Source: an uncultured delta proteobacterium (lineage in GTDB: Bacteria > Desulfobacterota > Desulfomonilia > Desulfomonilales > Desulfomonilaceae). From it: a DNA stretch of 64,000 bases. Positions 12,048 to 21,755 of this stretch are shown one piece after another. The translations under genes were made by a program, and so were the position numbers. Location of the stretch: positions 1 to 64,000 of the forward strand of contig CAWBKB010000001.1 in assembly GCA_963789265.1 (NCBI GenBank). Reading direction: 5' to 3'. Every line of letters starts with the position of its first letter. Position 1 is the first letter of the stretch. The notes below the pieces were generated by a model, which did no database searches, was not told the origin of the DNA, and worked only from the letters and a program-made list of their open reading frames with translations.

Positions 12048-12299
12048 ATGGATTCATCGCATAGGACCCGTGCGGGAAGGTTGCTCGGTCAGGTCAGTCA
12101 AGATCTTGGTGAAGAGAATTTGGAAAGCGGTTTGCCCGAATTTCAAAGCTTCCCCAAGCTGCTACGGCAATACACCGGAACTCCCCGATCTTTGAAAATG
12201 AAGCCAGCTAATGTCGGTCACGTCATGGCGCTTGCCGAAGCGTACGGGGAGCTGGCGGGGGAGATCGAGGAACTGAGGATGTCTCTAAGAAAGCTGTGA
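12048..12299 (+). CDS. Small hypothetical protein
   Basis: 83-aa ORF with GAGGAG RBS; coiled-coil-like C-terminus. Confidence 0.45.
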   Translation: MDSSHRTRAGRLLGQVSQDLGEENLESGLPEFQSFPKLLRQYTGTPRSLKMKPANVGHVMALAEAYGELAGEIEELRMSLRKL

Positions 12300-12780
12300 G
12301 ACAATGAGGACCGGTTTTTCTCTACGAATATGGCCGCTACGGGATGAGGGCTTCTGCAGAACGTATGCGTTCAAAGGCCCGTAATCCGCTTTCCTTGAGA
12401 TTTGTCATTTTGGGCGGCCCAGCTCTTCGAGTTTGAGCTTTTCCAGGCTCAATTCGGCTCTCGGGCATGTTGTCAATGCTATGGGCGCTTTTTTCAGACC
12501 CGAGCAAACGCAAAGAAGCCTCTATCACTATGAATCTGAGATGCACTGAAAACATCCGATTAAGAAAATACTCATAGGGACTGGCCTCGCACTTCGAGGT
12601 TGTCAGGACTACCGACGTTGAGATCTGCACCCCCAGGTCATGATGTCCGACGAGTTCGATGTTTTCTGATGTTTTCTCAACGTTTTCTGGACAGGCTCAG
12701 GATTTGAGTTAGGCTTGCGGCTGAACCTGACGATGATATGAGGTCAGGATGAAGCGGCATGGACCCCATGGCGAAACGTC

Positions 12781-14532
12781 TTACCCATTCTCTGTTCCCG
12801 CCTTTTGTTCGTAGGCACTGGCGAGCTCTTGGACCGTCGCAAAAAAGTTATCATTGCCCACCAAATCGGTGAGTCCATAGCGATCCAGCTTTGCTTTTAC
12901 CTCTTCTGACACTCCGGCAAACACAAGCTGTATCCCCTGATCTTTCAAAATCTTGTATGCCGAACGGAGAGTCTCCGCAGCAGAGAAATCCACATCGTCC
13001 ACTCCGGATGCCTCAATGCCGAACCACTTTAAGGGAGGTTGCGCTCCCTGCACCAAATCAAGGACCTGCTGGAACAAGCATCCAGCGTTGGCATAGTACA
13101 TCCCATGAGTGAAACGGTAGATCAGGAGCCCAGGAGCCGCCTGCGCAGGCTTGGAAACCGCTAGCCTCTGCCAACCATTGGGTGTAGCCGGTACCAGTAC
13201 CCCATTCTTCGGTCTATATCCGTGGCGGGTGTGTGCGATTAGGGAAAGAGCCATGGCAAATACAATGCCCTGCTCGACACCGGCGAAGACCACCACTGCG
13301 GCAGTCAGTAGCGCTACCCAAAACTCAACCGGTGCCTGAGCATGGATTTTTCGCATTCCTTTGATATCAATTAGATTCACACCAATGAGAAGGACGATGG
13401 CGGACAGGGCGGCCTTAGGCAAGTATTCAAGTGGAGCCGCAAGGAACAGCAACACGAGAATCACGATTACAGTCGTAGTGATCTGCGCTAGCTGACTACT
13501 TCCGCCGGCGCTGTCGACCATCTCTGTTTTCGTCGGGCTGCCATTCACAACGAATGTTCCTGAAAGCCCTGCACCAAGGTTGGCAAGACCGAGGCCGACC
13601 AGATCCGCGTCTTCGCTGAAACGTTCGTTGTACCGGGCGGCAAATGCCCGGGAAGTGGCGGCACTTTGGGCTAAAATCACCACAAAAATTGAGAATGCCA
13701 GTGGAAGGAGCTTCCATATGAGGCCCCAGGACCAAGTGACGTCCGGTAAGCGAAGCGTCGGGAGCCCACTAGGGACCGACCCCAGAGTGGAAACACCATG
13801 AGACGGGAGGTTGAGTGCCCAGCTCGCGACAATTGCACCGATTATTGCGATGAGTGCTCCAGGCACTTTCTTCGAGACCATCTTAATAGCCACAACGATT
13901 ACGAGCACAATGATCCCAATCGCTAAGTGGATGGTATTTGTCTGCTCAATGTGCTGCACACTGTGCACAAGGCGTGTGGCGATGTCGCTCCCGGCATTCG
14001 GAATTCCGAAAAGTCTTAAAATTTCACCAAGGGCAACCTGGATACCAACCCCGGTAAGGAAGCCTACGAGCACGGTACGCGACAGGAAATCCGCCAATAA
14101 TCCCAGGCCAACAATGCGAGCAATTATTAGAAACCCGGCTGCCATAATTGCTATTACGCTGGTGAGGGCCACGTACTCGGCGGACCCGGAGACAGCGAGG
14201 CCAGAGAGACCGGCTGCCAACATGGCCGCCGTCGCGGAATCAGCCCCGACCACGAGATGCCTGGATGACCCAAACAGGGCATACAGGCCCATGGGAATGA
14301 GCATGGTGTACAGGCCGGTGATTACCGGGGTGCCGGCGATTTCCGTGTACCCCATCACCTCGGGGATGGCCAGCGCGGCTAGAGTGATACCGGCAACAAT
14401 GTTAGCAGGCACCTCCGAACTTTTGACGGGCAGCATTCCCTGTAAGATTCGTAATCGCAATCCCTGCCTCTCACCCTTTGATCCGTTTACGTAAGTCCTC
14501 TTCACCACTCGGGCGGTTGGATGAAACGTCAC
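12781..14532 (-). CDS. sulP: SulP family inorganic anion transporter with STAS domain
   Basis: AGITLAALAIPEVMGY and GSSRHLVVG signatures, many TM helices, C-terminal STAS (DVDFSAAETL). Exact start uncertain. Confidence 0.93.
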   Translation of the reverse strand: MTFHPTARVVKRTYVNGSKGERQGLRLRILQGMLPVKSSEVPANIVAGITLAALAIPEVMGYTEIAGTPVITGLYTMLIPMGLYALFGSSRHLVVGADSATAAMLAAGLSGLAVSGSAEYVALTSVIAIMAAGFLIIARIVGLGLLADFLSRTVLVGFLTGVGIQVALGEILRLFGIPNAGSDIATRLVHSVQHIEQTNTIHLAIGIIVLVIVVAIKMVSKKVPGALIAIIGAIVASWALNLPSHGVSTLGSVPSGLPTLRLPDVTWSWGLIWKLLPLAFSIFVVILAQSAATSRAFAARYNERFSEDADLVGLGLANLGAGLSGTFVVNGSPTKTEMVDSAGGSSQLAQITTTVIVILVLLFLAAPLEYLPKAALSAIVLLIGVNLIDIKGMRKIHAQAPVEFWVALLTAAVVVFAGVEQGIVFAMALSLIAHTRHGYRPKNGVLVPATPNGWQRLAVSKPAQAAPGLLIYRFTHGMYYANAGCLFQQVLDLVQGAQPPLKWFGIEASGVDDVDFSAAETLRSAYKILKDQGIQLVFAGVSEEVKAKLDRYGLTDLVGNDNFFATVQELASAYEQKAGTENG

Positions 14533-14752
14533 GAAGGCGGTTCGGGCAACCTGCCCCCGGATTATTTACCACTAGTCATGTCAGAGGCATAGTGCCTTTT
14601 TTGTTTGAACAGGCGCCGCAGACCATGCCCATGTTGGATTCGAAGAGATCCGCCTTGCAAAGTTGAGGCTGAGGAGAAATGAATATGCGGTGGGGCGGTC
14701 ACCTCTCCGCCTTTCAGTTTCTCCAGCGTTAATTTCGTTTATAGGAGCGTTT

Positions 14753-15511
14753 TCAGGCGCTTAAGCCCGAACGCCGACCCCCGCGAGCCGTGCCGACGTA
14801 TTCAGCGTCCTCGATCACTTGCCAGAAATCGGACCTGGCCTTGATGTCCCCTGGGTCTTTGCAGGTTTGCCGTTGGCCGTATTTGGTCGGGATGGGAGCA
14901 GTGAGTTTGATGTCGGACCAGACCACCCGATAAAGATGCGGCACTTCCAACTTCAGGAGATCGATCAATTTGTCCTGTGCATCTTGACCGGCCTTGTCGC
15001 AGTCCAAGCCCAGGTATACGCTCTGGCCTGACCACAGCGTCAAGACACCGACAAGGGCATCGATGCTCCGGGTGGCTCCGCCGGTAGCGACGACGTTTGT
15101 GAAGCCGAACGAGTAGCAACACTCGGCGTCGATCTCCCCTTCTACCACGAGAAGAGCCCTGGACGTCTCCGCCTGAGCCAGTCCGAACATGGACGAACCG
15201 AGGGAGCCGAGGGTAATGAATCCTCGATGGTTCTTGAGGTCCTTCCCGGCCAGAGACCTGAGCCGCAGAGCGGATACCGAGCCGTCACGGTTTGTGAATT
15301 CGGTCACAAGGGTCTTCGGGACTCTATCAGTCGGGTCTCCTGGCAGATATCGGACCCTAAAGTGTTCGTACGCATTGTCCGTCGCCCCGCGACCTCGAAG
15401 GTACTTTTTCAGATACCCGGTCGAGTTTCGGCTGTATCGGGTCAGCAGCGGGTAGCCACTGACAACGTTCTCACTTAACGCTTCAGATTGATGAGATCCT
15501 GATGGGTACAA
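14753..15511 (-). CDS. TOPRIM (DnaG-type primase catalytic) domain; probably the C-terminal part of the upstream ORF
   Basis: YLRGRG, LLVVEGEIDA, VATGGA, YLGLDCDKAG and KDPGD motifs; overlaps the upstream ORF by 29 nt in the +1 frame. Confidence 0.8.
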   Translation of the reverse strand: MYPSGSHQSEALSENVVSGYPLLTRYSRNSTGYLKKYLRGRGATDNAYEHFRVRYLPGDPTDRVPKTLVTEFTNRDGSVSALRLRSLAGKDLKNHRGFITLGSLGSSMFGLAQAETSRALLVVEGEIDAECCYSFGFTNVVATGGATRSIDALVGVLTLWSGQSVYLGLDCDKAGQDAQDKLIDLLKLEVPHLYRVVWSDIKLTAPIPTKYGQRQTCKDPGDIKARSDFWQVIEDAEYVGTARGGRRSGLSA

Positions 15512-16826
15512 GGACCGCTTTGAGCTGCATCAGTCGAGATACCGACAAGCAAGTCCGGTGGGCTTCAGTCGGGAACTCTCCGAATTCCTGGGCCGTGGCC
15601 TTGAACAAGTGGGAAATAGGTCGAGCGCTGCCATCCCCGCAGGCGAAACAGTTGTAGAGAATGGTGCCGTCGGTACCGATGGAGATTCCGAAGCTGGGAT
15701 TATGATCGGTGCCATGATCATGATTTACGCAAGCCAGTGGACAGGAGCCGTCACTCCAGTGACCATTGAGCGTTGTCCGTCCGCGGTAGGAGTTCAGCGA
15801 TTTGTGGACCTCCTCGTGCAAGTCCGGGTAAGTGTAAGCGGCTTCGCCCACGTACTCGGAAATAGGCTGACCGAAAATCTCATGGAAATCGTCTTCTCGG
15901 TTGAGTCTGTCGAGCAGATTGTAGGTTGAGTAATAAAGCTCCAAAGAGCGAACGCTCCTATGATCCCTGGCGTGGACTGCCGCAATACCGAGGATGTTGA
16001 GGGTGAGCTGGCCGGTCTTGTGATTAGGACACCTCCGAGTGATTGAAATCAAGCCAAACTCTTCGAGTCTATTCAGCGATGCTCTCACTGCCCGGTCCTT
16101 CAGAGGCAGGCCAAGCGATCCACGATCATAGTGACCATACAGAATTCTCTCTATGGAGAACTGCCCTTCGATGGCATCCCGCTCCAAAGTCATGTTGAGA
16201 CACCGCATGAAGGCGAAGAACAATGCCTTGCTTTCCAGGTATCGGGTGGCTATAGCCATTGCCGCATCGATCATACGCCACTTGAACAAGGTTCTCCTTC
16301 GCCCGAAGACCGTTTCAAGGACCGGATTTCTCCGGCCAACCGAGCAATCTGGCCTCGACCCTAGCACCGGGACCGGCATGGCTAATTCCACCAAGGGGAT
16401 TTGATCCGACAAGAATCGTTCCCGTATCGCGGTAAAAAGCTGTTCGACCTTGACCCTCTTGCTAGGTCTCGCCCTTCGATTCATTGCAAGCTGCCGGTAG
16501 AAGCGAACAAGGCCGTAAACATTGGCCACATAATCGCTCTGACCCAGTTTCAACAGTAAACCCAAGTTAACCAGTCGCTTGAGGGTATCATGCAGCCGCA
16601 GCAGGATTTCGGGGACCGGGATGACCAGATGAGTGAGATCCAGCCGTAGTCCCTGGCTCCGCGTGGTATGGCCGTAGATGGTTTCGAGGAATTTGTGCTC
16701 GCTTAAGGTCAGAGCCAAAAAGGGCCCCACGTGACGGATGAGTTCAAGGAGAAGCGCCCATTTCGATGACGACCAGGTAATCGTACGCTTTGACATGTTC
16801 TCATCCTTTGCGAAAGAATTTTCCAT
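15483..16826 (-). CDS. Tandem winged-helix (replication-initiator-like) protein with C-terminal CHC2 zinc finger
   Basis: CPLACVNH...DHNPSF...NCFACG primase Zn-finger; GLPLKDRAVRASLNRLEEFGLISI resembles wHTH recognition helices of phage O-like initiators. Confidence 0.7.
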   Translation of the reverse strand: MENSFAKDENMSKRTITWSSSKWALLLELIRHVGPFLALTLSEHKFLETIYGHTTRSQGLRLDLTHLVIPVPEILLRLHDTLKRLVNLGLLLKLGQSDYVANVYGLVRFYRQLAMNRRARPSKRVKVEQLFTAIRERFLSDQIPLVELAMPVPVLGSRPDCSVGRRNPVLETVFGRRRTLFKWRMIDAAMAIATRYLESKALFFAFMRCLNMTLERDAIEGQFSIERILYGHYDRGSLGLPLKDRAVRASLNRLEEFGLISITRRCPNHKTGQLTLNILGIAAVHARDHRSVRSLELYYSTYNLLDRLNREDDFHEIFGQPISEYVGEAAYTYPDLHEEVHKSLNSYRGRTTLNGHWSDGSCPLACVNHDHGTDHNPSFGISIGTDGTILYNCFACGDGSARPISHLFKATAQEFGEFPTEAHRTCLSVSRLMQLKAVLVPIRISSI

Positions 16827-17139
16827 CCTGTGATAAAATGTTGCGAGATGGCAGAGGACTGGAAGGATAGCCCCCGATTGCCTGGCCGTCTCGCGAGAAA
16901 GTCGGGGCTGGTCGACTTGGTGACCCCATCCGCTATAAAACGTCTCAGCGTCACGGAAACCTGACCGGTTTGCCTCACTGAGCTGATCTTCCCTGAAGGA
17001 TTTGCCGCGTTTTTGTCGGCTAGAATAGACCTCAACACAACGTAATCACATGCGATATAGCTCAACATCCTTCCCGGCCGTTGCTAAAAGAGCGTAAACC
17101 TCAAGGAAGGGGAAGCGAAGAGGGATAGAGAGAACCTAC

Positions 17140-17270
17140 AAGGTACGAGAAAAACCAAGTACAAGAACCACTAAGTACAGTAACATCATCAAGTGCAGAA
17201 AAAACCCATAAGTACAAGAAAAACAACCAAGTACATCAAATTCCATAGAAGACACCATAGTGGAGGTACA
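17140..17270 (+). repeat. A-rich array of A(A/G)GTAC-core repeats (iteron-like)
   Basis: GTAC at 17143, 17159, 17175, 17212, 17231 and 17266, plus GTGC at 17193; spacings 16,16,18,19,19,35; strand strongly A-rich and T-poor. Confidence 0.7.
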
Positions 17271-17350
17271 TGAAAAAACGACTCATGAAGCCTCACGAAT
17301 TCCAGAAGCAAAGAAGAACCCTATAGAGAACTCCAGTCATAACGACATAC

Positions 17351-18263
17351 TCAGCCCTTGCAGTGTTTTTTGAGAACAGGATCAAACTGGAAGTAATAGG
17401 CGTACGGGTTAGTCTGGTGTCGTCTGATATTGAATGGTCTTAGTCTGCACTCATCGAGAATCTGTTGGATCACCCTATGAACGTATGCTGATGAACCGAA
17501 GTCGGGAAGTCCAATGCTATAGCCTTTCTGACCGTACTGGATGATGTCCGCGGTAGTAGTGATCGGCTCAATCTGCTTTCGCGCAATCGATAACTCCAGG
17601 AGTCGGCTCATCACGAAGAAATTCATTAAGTCATCGTCATTTTCGAGGATTATGTCCCAGAACCGGTAAATGAACTCGAATACCTGACTGGTAGTGAGAT
17701 CCGCGAGTCTGTAGGGATTCACAGAAACCGTATGAGATTTATCGGGACGAGGTGACGCTTTGGGTGCGGGTATCTCCAGAGTCACCACCGGTAGGTCGAG
17801 AGCATCAAAGTCCCACTGAATAGTTTCGAGTATCCTGGCATTGGTACTCATGCCGGTTTATTGTAAGGGGTCGATTCCGTGAACAAGAGAGGAAGTATTG
17901 CAGGCATCCATACAGATTCACCAGATGAGTGTCCTGGTCGTCTGTTGGTATCAGGATACGTTGAGCCACAAACCGATCAACGAGGGTGGAATCCACGGAA
18001 CACTCGGAGAGCTCAATATAGAGAGACGAACCCCTGAGAGAGCAATTCACGATTCGTTGCAGTGCCCGAAACTCGCTCGATGTCTTGACCATGAAGGGAA
18101 TTACCTGATCCACCATTGCGAGCGCTGGAGGCCAAGTCTTCCACTCTGAGAGCTGTCCGAGACTGGGAGCAATGAGTTTGGTGGTTGGAACCGGCTCGGT
18201 AGCTGATTGAGTAATCTCGGGATTCTCTGGTTCAGGTTTTACGATTTTCAGAGCTCTTGACAT
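17351..18263 (-). CDS. Tandem winged-helix protein paralogous to the N-terminal ~300 aa of 15483-16826; split by a +1 frameshift near 17830-17850
   Basis: The two ORFs (17805-18263, 17351-17851) align in order with the 447-aa protein: VNLYG/ANVYG, LPVVTLEIPAP..PRPD/IPLVELAMPVP..SRPD, YG..SIGLP/YG..SLGLP. Confidence 0.7.
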
Positions 18264-19246
18264 GATTTCACCTCGCTATGCTTTGCGTTGTAGTTCTCCC
18301 AGTGCCATGACTTGATGGGGTTGTCTTTTCCGGGTACCCAGGTGACAGACCAATTTGCGGCCCGTAAACCGCTCTTGATGGTGCTCACAAAACACTGATG
18401 ACGATCGACGTTGATTCTCCATGCTCCTCGGAGTTGATTCACCACGAAGCGACTGCTGGATCGCAACGAAAGATTCTCAATCGGGGGAAACTTCTTGAGA
18501 GCCTCAGCGAATCTTTGAACCCCGAGGTACTCGGCGTCGTGAAGGGAGCCCCAGTACCGAGTGTGGTAAATTTCTTGTAAGAGCTCGCGTCCATCTGGTC
18601 GGATGAGTAGGTAAGCTACGGAGATATGGCCACTGCCTTTGTGTCCCGTGATCCCACTGGTATATGCAGTGTGTTGGCCGTCACGCTCGCGTAGGTGGAT
18701 AAGGTCACTCATGCTCAAGCCTCTCTTTGAACAGTTACCTAGATTGCCAGGCCAGCCCGACCAGCCTGGCCACCACGTAGTGAGAAGCGCAAGAATGCTC
18801 AGCGTCTCAATAGAGGAACGTCGGAGATGGTCGGAAACCTCCCTGATTTCCCGGGTGAGGCCCCACAATGAACTGTTAGGGCAAGTCGTGATTAATGGAT
18901 GGTAATCTTGCCAGTTGTGCCGCAGTCCCCGTCGTCGTCCAGAAAGAATGCGACTGTCTCCTGTGCCAGGTAAAGGCAGTGCTGGCTGATGCTGACGAGA
19001 AGAGTAGGCCTGCATATCTGGTGAGTTAAAGTCGGCCTCGTGACAGGCAGCGCGGGCTTGAGCGCAGGCCTCAGAAGCAATGCGTGCGATCTCTGAGACC
19101 TCAGAATCCCAATCACAACAGTCGTAGTTATCGATTCCAATGCGTTCATCGATGGTTTTTGCTAATGAGATTGCGGAAGCAACCAAAATGAAATGGCTGT
19201 AATCTACTTCCTTCGCGATTTTCTTTCTACGTGCCTTCTTTCCCAT
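18248..19246 (-). CDS. Protein with a C-terminal degenerate RNase HI-like domain (possible internal start at 18712)
   Basis: AEYLG, SSSRFVVNQLRGAWRIN and WVPGKDN match the RNase HI fold, but the catalytic Asp positions are Ser/Ser/absent; AGAGG RBS before ATG at 18712. Confidence 0.7.
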   Translation of the reverse strand: MGKKARRKKIAKEVDYSHFILVASAISLAKTIDERIGIDNYDCCDWDSEVSEIARIASEACAQARAACHEADFNSPDMQAYSSRQHQPALPLPGTGDSRILSGRRRGLRHNWQDYHPLITTCPNSSLWGLTREIREVSDHLRRSSIETLSILALLTTWWPGWSGWPGNLGNCSKRGLSMSDLIHLRERDGQHTAYTSGITGHKGSGHISVAYLLIRPDGRELLQEIYHTRYWGSLHDAEYLGVQRFAEALKKFPPIENLSLRSSSRFVVNQLRGAWRINVDRHQCFVSTIKSGLRAANWSVTWVPGKDNPIKSWHWENYNAKHSEVKSCQEL

Positions 19247-19307
19247 GATGTGTTCCTTTCCTTGGTAAGGAGTTACCTAAAGTCGTTACTCCCGTGCGCA
19301 AAGTGAA

Positions 19308-19332
19308 ATCCGGGGAGAAACGATCCCCGGAT
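19308..19332 (-). terminator. Stem-loop, possible intrinsic terminator
   Basis: ATCCGGGGA-7nt-TCCCCGGAT followed on the minus strand by TTCACTTT. Confidence 0.4.
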
Positions 19333-20021
19333 CTCAGGTAAACTGATACTTCCTACAGCCCCGGCACCTTGAAATTACGGCGATTTCGTTTGCTTGCGGC
19401 GGCACAAAGATTGCCACTCCTTATCGCCCCCACACGAAATTTGCGGAGATCAAAGGTGACCGGCTTCGGAATCAGCCATTAGGTCATGTGCTCAAACGTT
19501 GGTGGCCCAGGACTCAGCCTAGGAAGGGAGTGTGGTTTTGGAGTGGAGATTTCCGACAAATCAGCGCCGGACACTACCAATCGGAAGCCGCTCAGAACAA
19601 CCAATTTCACGTGTCTGATTCCGAGGCCGCCCCCTTCTTCGGCGTTAAGTTTTTCGGCCCTTGATCGGTTTCTTGGAGCGTTCCCAACGGTACGAGCAGC
19701 CTCCCGTGGTCCAAGTAAACCAGCGGTGGCTTAGGCGGCGATAGGACCTGACGAGAATCATTGAAGGTTCGCCATAAGGAATCCTCAATATGAACAAGTT
19801 TCCGACGGCAGGGTGCGCTTCAAAGGACAGTGTTTTCGAATTGGATTGGCAGTAGTTCGCTTTGGTTTCCCTTAATGGCAGGCTCTGTCTCTATCAACAT
19901 CATGTTGTCGTCCTTCTCCAAGCCGCTGATGGACTCACCTGCACGGGGAAATCGCATCAGCGACCTTCTAATGTAAAAACTATGGGGTTGTGGAGTGCCT
20001 TCGCGACGTCAGTCTGTCGCA

Positions 20022-21056
20022 TTAGCATGGCCGGTCACAATCGGAACAGAGGGACGTTCCGTACCACAACAATCCGGGGCCCTCAACCTGTGAGTAGAAG
20101 CATTCACCCTGCAGTCTAGCTATCACTTCTGCTCTCTTTACTGAGTCCTGCAGCAGCATGTCCGTTTGGGTGCTGTCAGCCCCGTTCCTCAACAGAGCCA
20201 TAGAGATCCCCTCGAGACCGAGCAACACCGCATAGGTGAGTGCTGTATTCCCTGAGCCGTCTCTTGCATTCACGTGGGCACCCTCGTCAATGAGGAGCTG
20301 GACCATCTCCATCATTCCATGCCTGCAAGCGGCGATCAGTGCTGAATCCACCCGATCGTCATTTTCAGACCCATAAGGCCTTTCGATGAGAGCCCCGTAC
20401 TTGATTAGTAGCTGCACAGCATCTCGGTCGTCGTTAAATACTGCGGTCAGAAGAGGATGCAGAAAATTTGGATCGGCACCTGCTTCGAGGAGGACTCGAG
20501 TTGTCTCGAGGTGACCTTTCTCGGTCGCGGCCGTCAGGGTCGTGTATTCTTCACCGAACGGCGGTCCTGATGGGAATTCTGACTTGCCACTTGCATTTAC
20601 ATCCGCCCCGCCCTCCAATAGAAGCTTCACCATTTCCAAATCTCGCCGGCGTGCGGCTTCAATCAGAAGCGTAGAAGAGAAGCCATATTTCGCGTTGCCT
20701 CTAAAAACTGTCTGGTCAGCGCCAGCCTGAAGCGGTCCTCGGACGATCTCTTTGTGGTCCGCAGAGAATGCGACGTTGATTGCCTCATTCATTTCGGCTT
20801 CTAAGTGGGACAGATGCTTGTGCTCCAGCAACAGTCTGGTCATTTCCAGATTTCCAGCTCGCGACGCGACCACCAGCGGGGCCACGCCAACGGATTCCGT
20901 TTCACTGTTTAAGGGACATTCTCTCAAGAGGTGTATCACCATCTCGGTATCGCCAGCGGTCACAAATTGTGGGAGCAATACTGAGTAGATTTCGCCTATG
21001 TGCTCCTGGACGTAGGCACTAATGGCGTCATTGAGCCTTTGAGCTATTGTTCTCAT
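20022..21056 (-). CDS. Ankyrin repeat protein
   Basis: Multiple ankyrin repeats (LLEGGADVNA, LLIDEGAHVNARDGSGNTALTYA). Confidence 0.92.
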   Translation of the reverse strand: MRTIAQRLNDAISAYVQEHIGEIYSVLLPQFVTAGDTEMVIHLLRECPLNSETESVGVAPLVVASRAGNLEMTRLLLEHKHLSHLEAEMNEAINVAFSADHKEIVRGPLQAGADQTVFRGNAKYGFSSTLLIEAARRRDLEMVKLLLEGGADVNASGKSEFPSGPPFGEEYTTLTAATEKGHLETTRVLLEAGADPNFLHPLLTAVFNDDRDAVQLLIKYGALIERPYGSENDDRVDSALIAACRHGMMEMVQLLIDEGAHVNARDGSGNTALTYAVLLGLEGISMALLRNGADSTQTDMLLQDSVKRAEVIARLQGECFYSQVEGPGLLWYGTSLCSDCDRPC

Positions 21057-21157
21057 TTCTCTTCTCCTTGTTCTTTTTTATGGGGATTTCGCGGTGAATG
21101 TGAGTGGGGCCGATAGACTGACCTATAGGGTGAGCCGGTGTTCCTTTGCTGTAGTCC

Positions 21158-21556
21158 TTACGAACTCGGCAAGGTGGGGGCTGCGGAGCCTATCCCGTCT
21201 GCATCGTTCAATTCTCTCGGTATCCATGAGAGGCGCCAGCCTCGATGACTTCTCATCAGAGTCTGAGCCTGGGCTGCAAGATCCGCGAGATGAGGTTGAT
21301 TGACTTGCCACTCCCCCATGACCTGGTTGACGACCAATCGGGAATCCCCGAGGATTTGTACCTGTCCGACATTATTCTCTTCCAGGCAGTTCATAAGCGC
21401 TAGGAGGGCCAAGTACTCGGCAATGTTGTTGGTTCCATGACCGAGTTTCTTAGAGAATCGCGTGACCGCGTGACCTTGGTCATCGTAAATGATGAATTTG
21501 ATAGTCATCGGTCCAGGGTTTCCGGAGCATCCTCCGTCGAAATAGGCTCTGTGCAT
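21158..21556 (-). CDS. rnhA: Ribonuclease HI
   Basis: YFDGGCSGNPGP, TNNIAEY, GDSRLVVNQ and WIPRELNDAD; DEDD residues present. Confidence 0.9.
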   Translation of the reverse strand: MHRAYFDGGCSGNPGPMTIKFIIYDDQGHAVTRFSKKLGHGTNNIAEYLALLALMNCLEENNVGQVQILGDSRLVVNQVMGEWQVNQPHLADLAAQAQTLMRSHRGWRLSWIPRELNDADGIGSAAPTLPSS

Positions 21557-21755
21557 GGCCGATATTCCTATTCTGTAGATGAATGTGGGAGGAGATAAAG
21601 ACGGGGATGCGCTCCTCCCGTTAGAGGCAAAAGAACGAACCGGTAGAGTCATTCGCAGCCACTTACGTTGGTGAGGTTGTTAGGGGTGAACTGGAGCCTT
21701 AAGGTTGCTCCAAAGGTGAGCATGCAGAAGCGTCAGTTGGTAGGGAGAGATTTGG

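Noticed and set aside
16709..17068. 119-aa minus-strand ORF upstream of the primase fusion
   Set aside because: It overlaps the 447-aa ORF out of frame and has no recognisable motif; more likely leader/origin DNA.
17140..17270. Possible degenerate CRISPR array
   Set aside because: The repeat core is only 6-7 nt with a 16-19 nt period, far too short for repeat-spacer units; no cas genes in the window.
21158..21556. Retron or retroelement suggested by the RNase H genes
   Set aside because: No reverse transcriptase (YADD-type) ORF found in the window.
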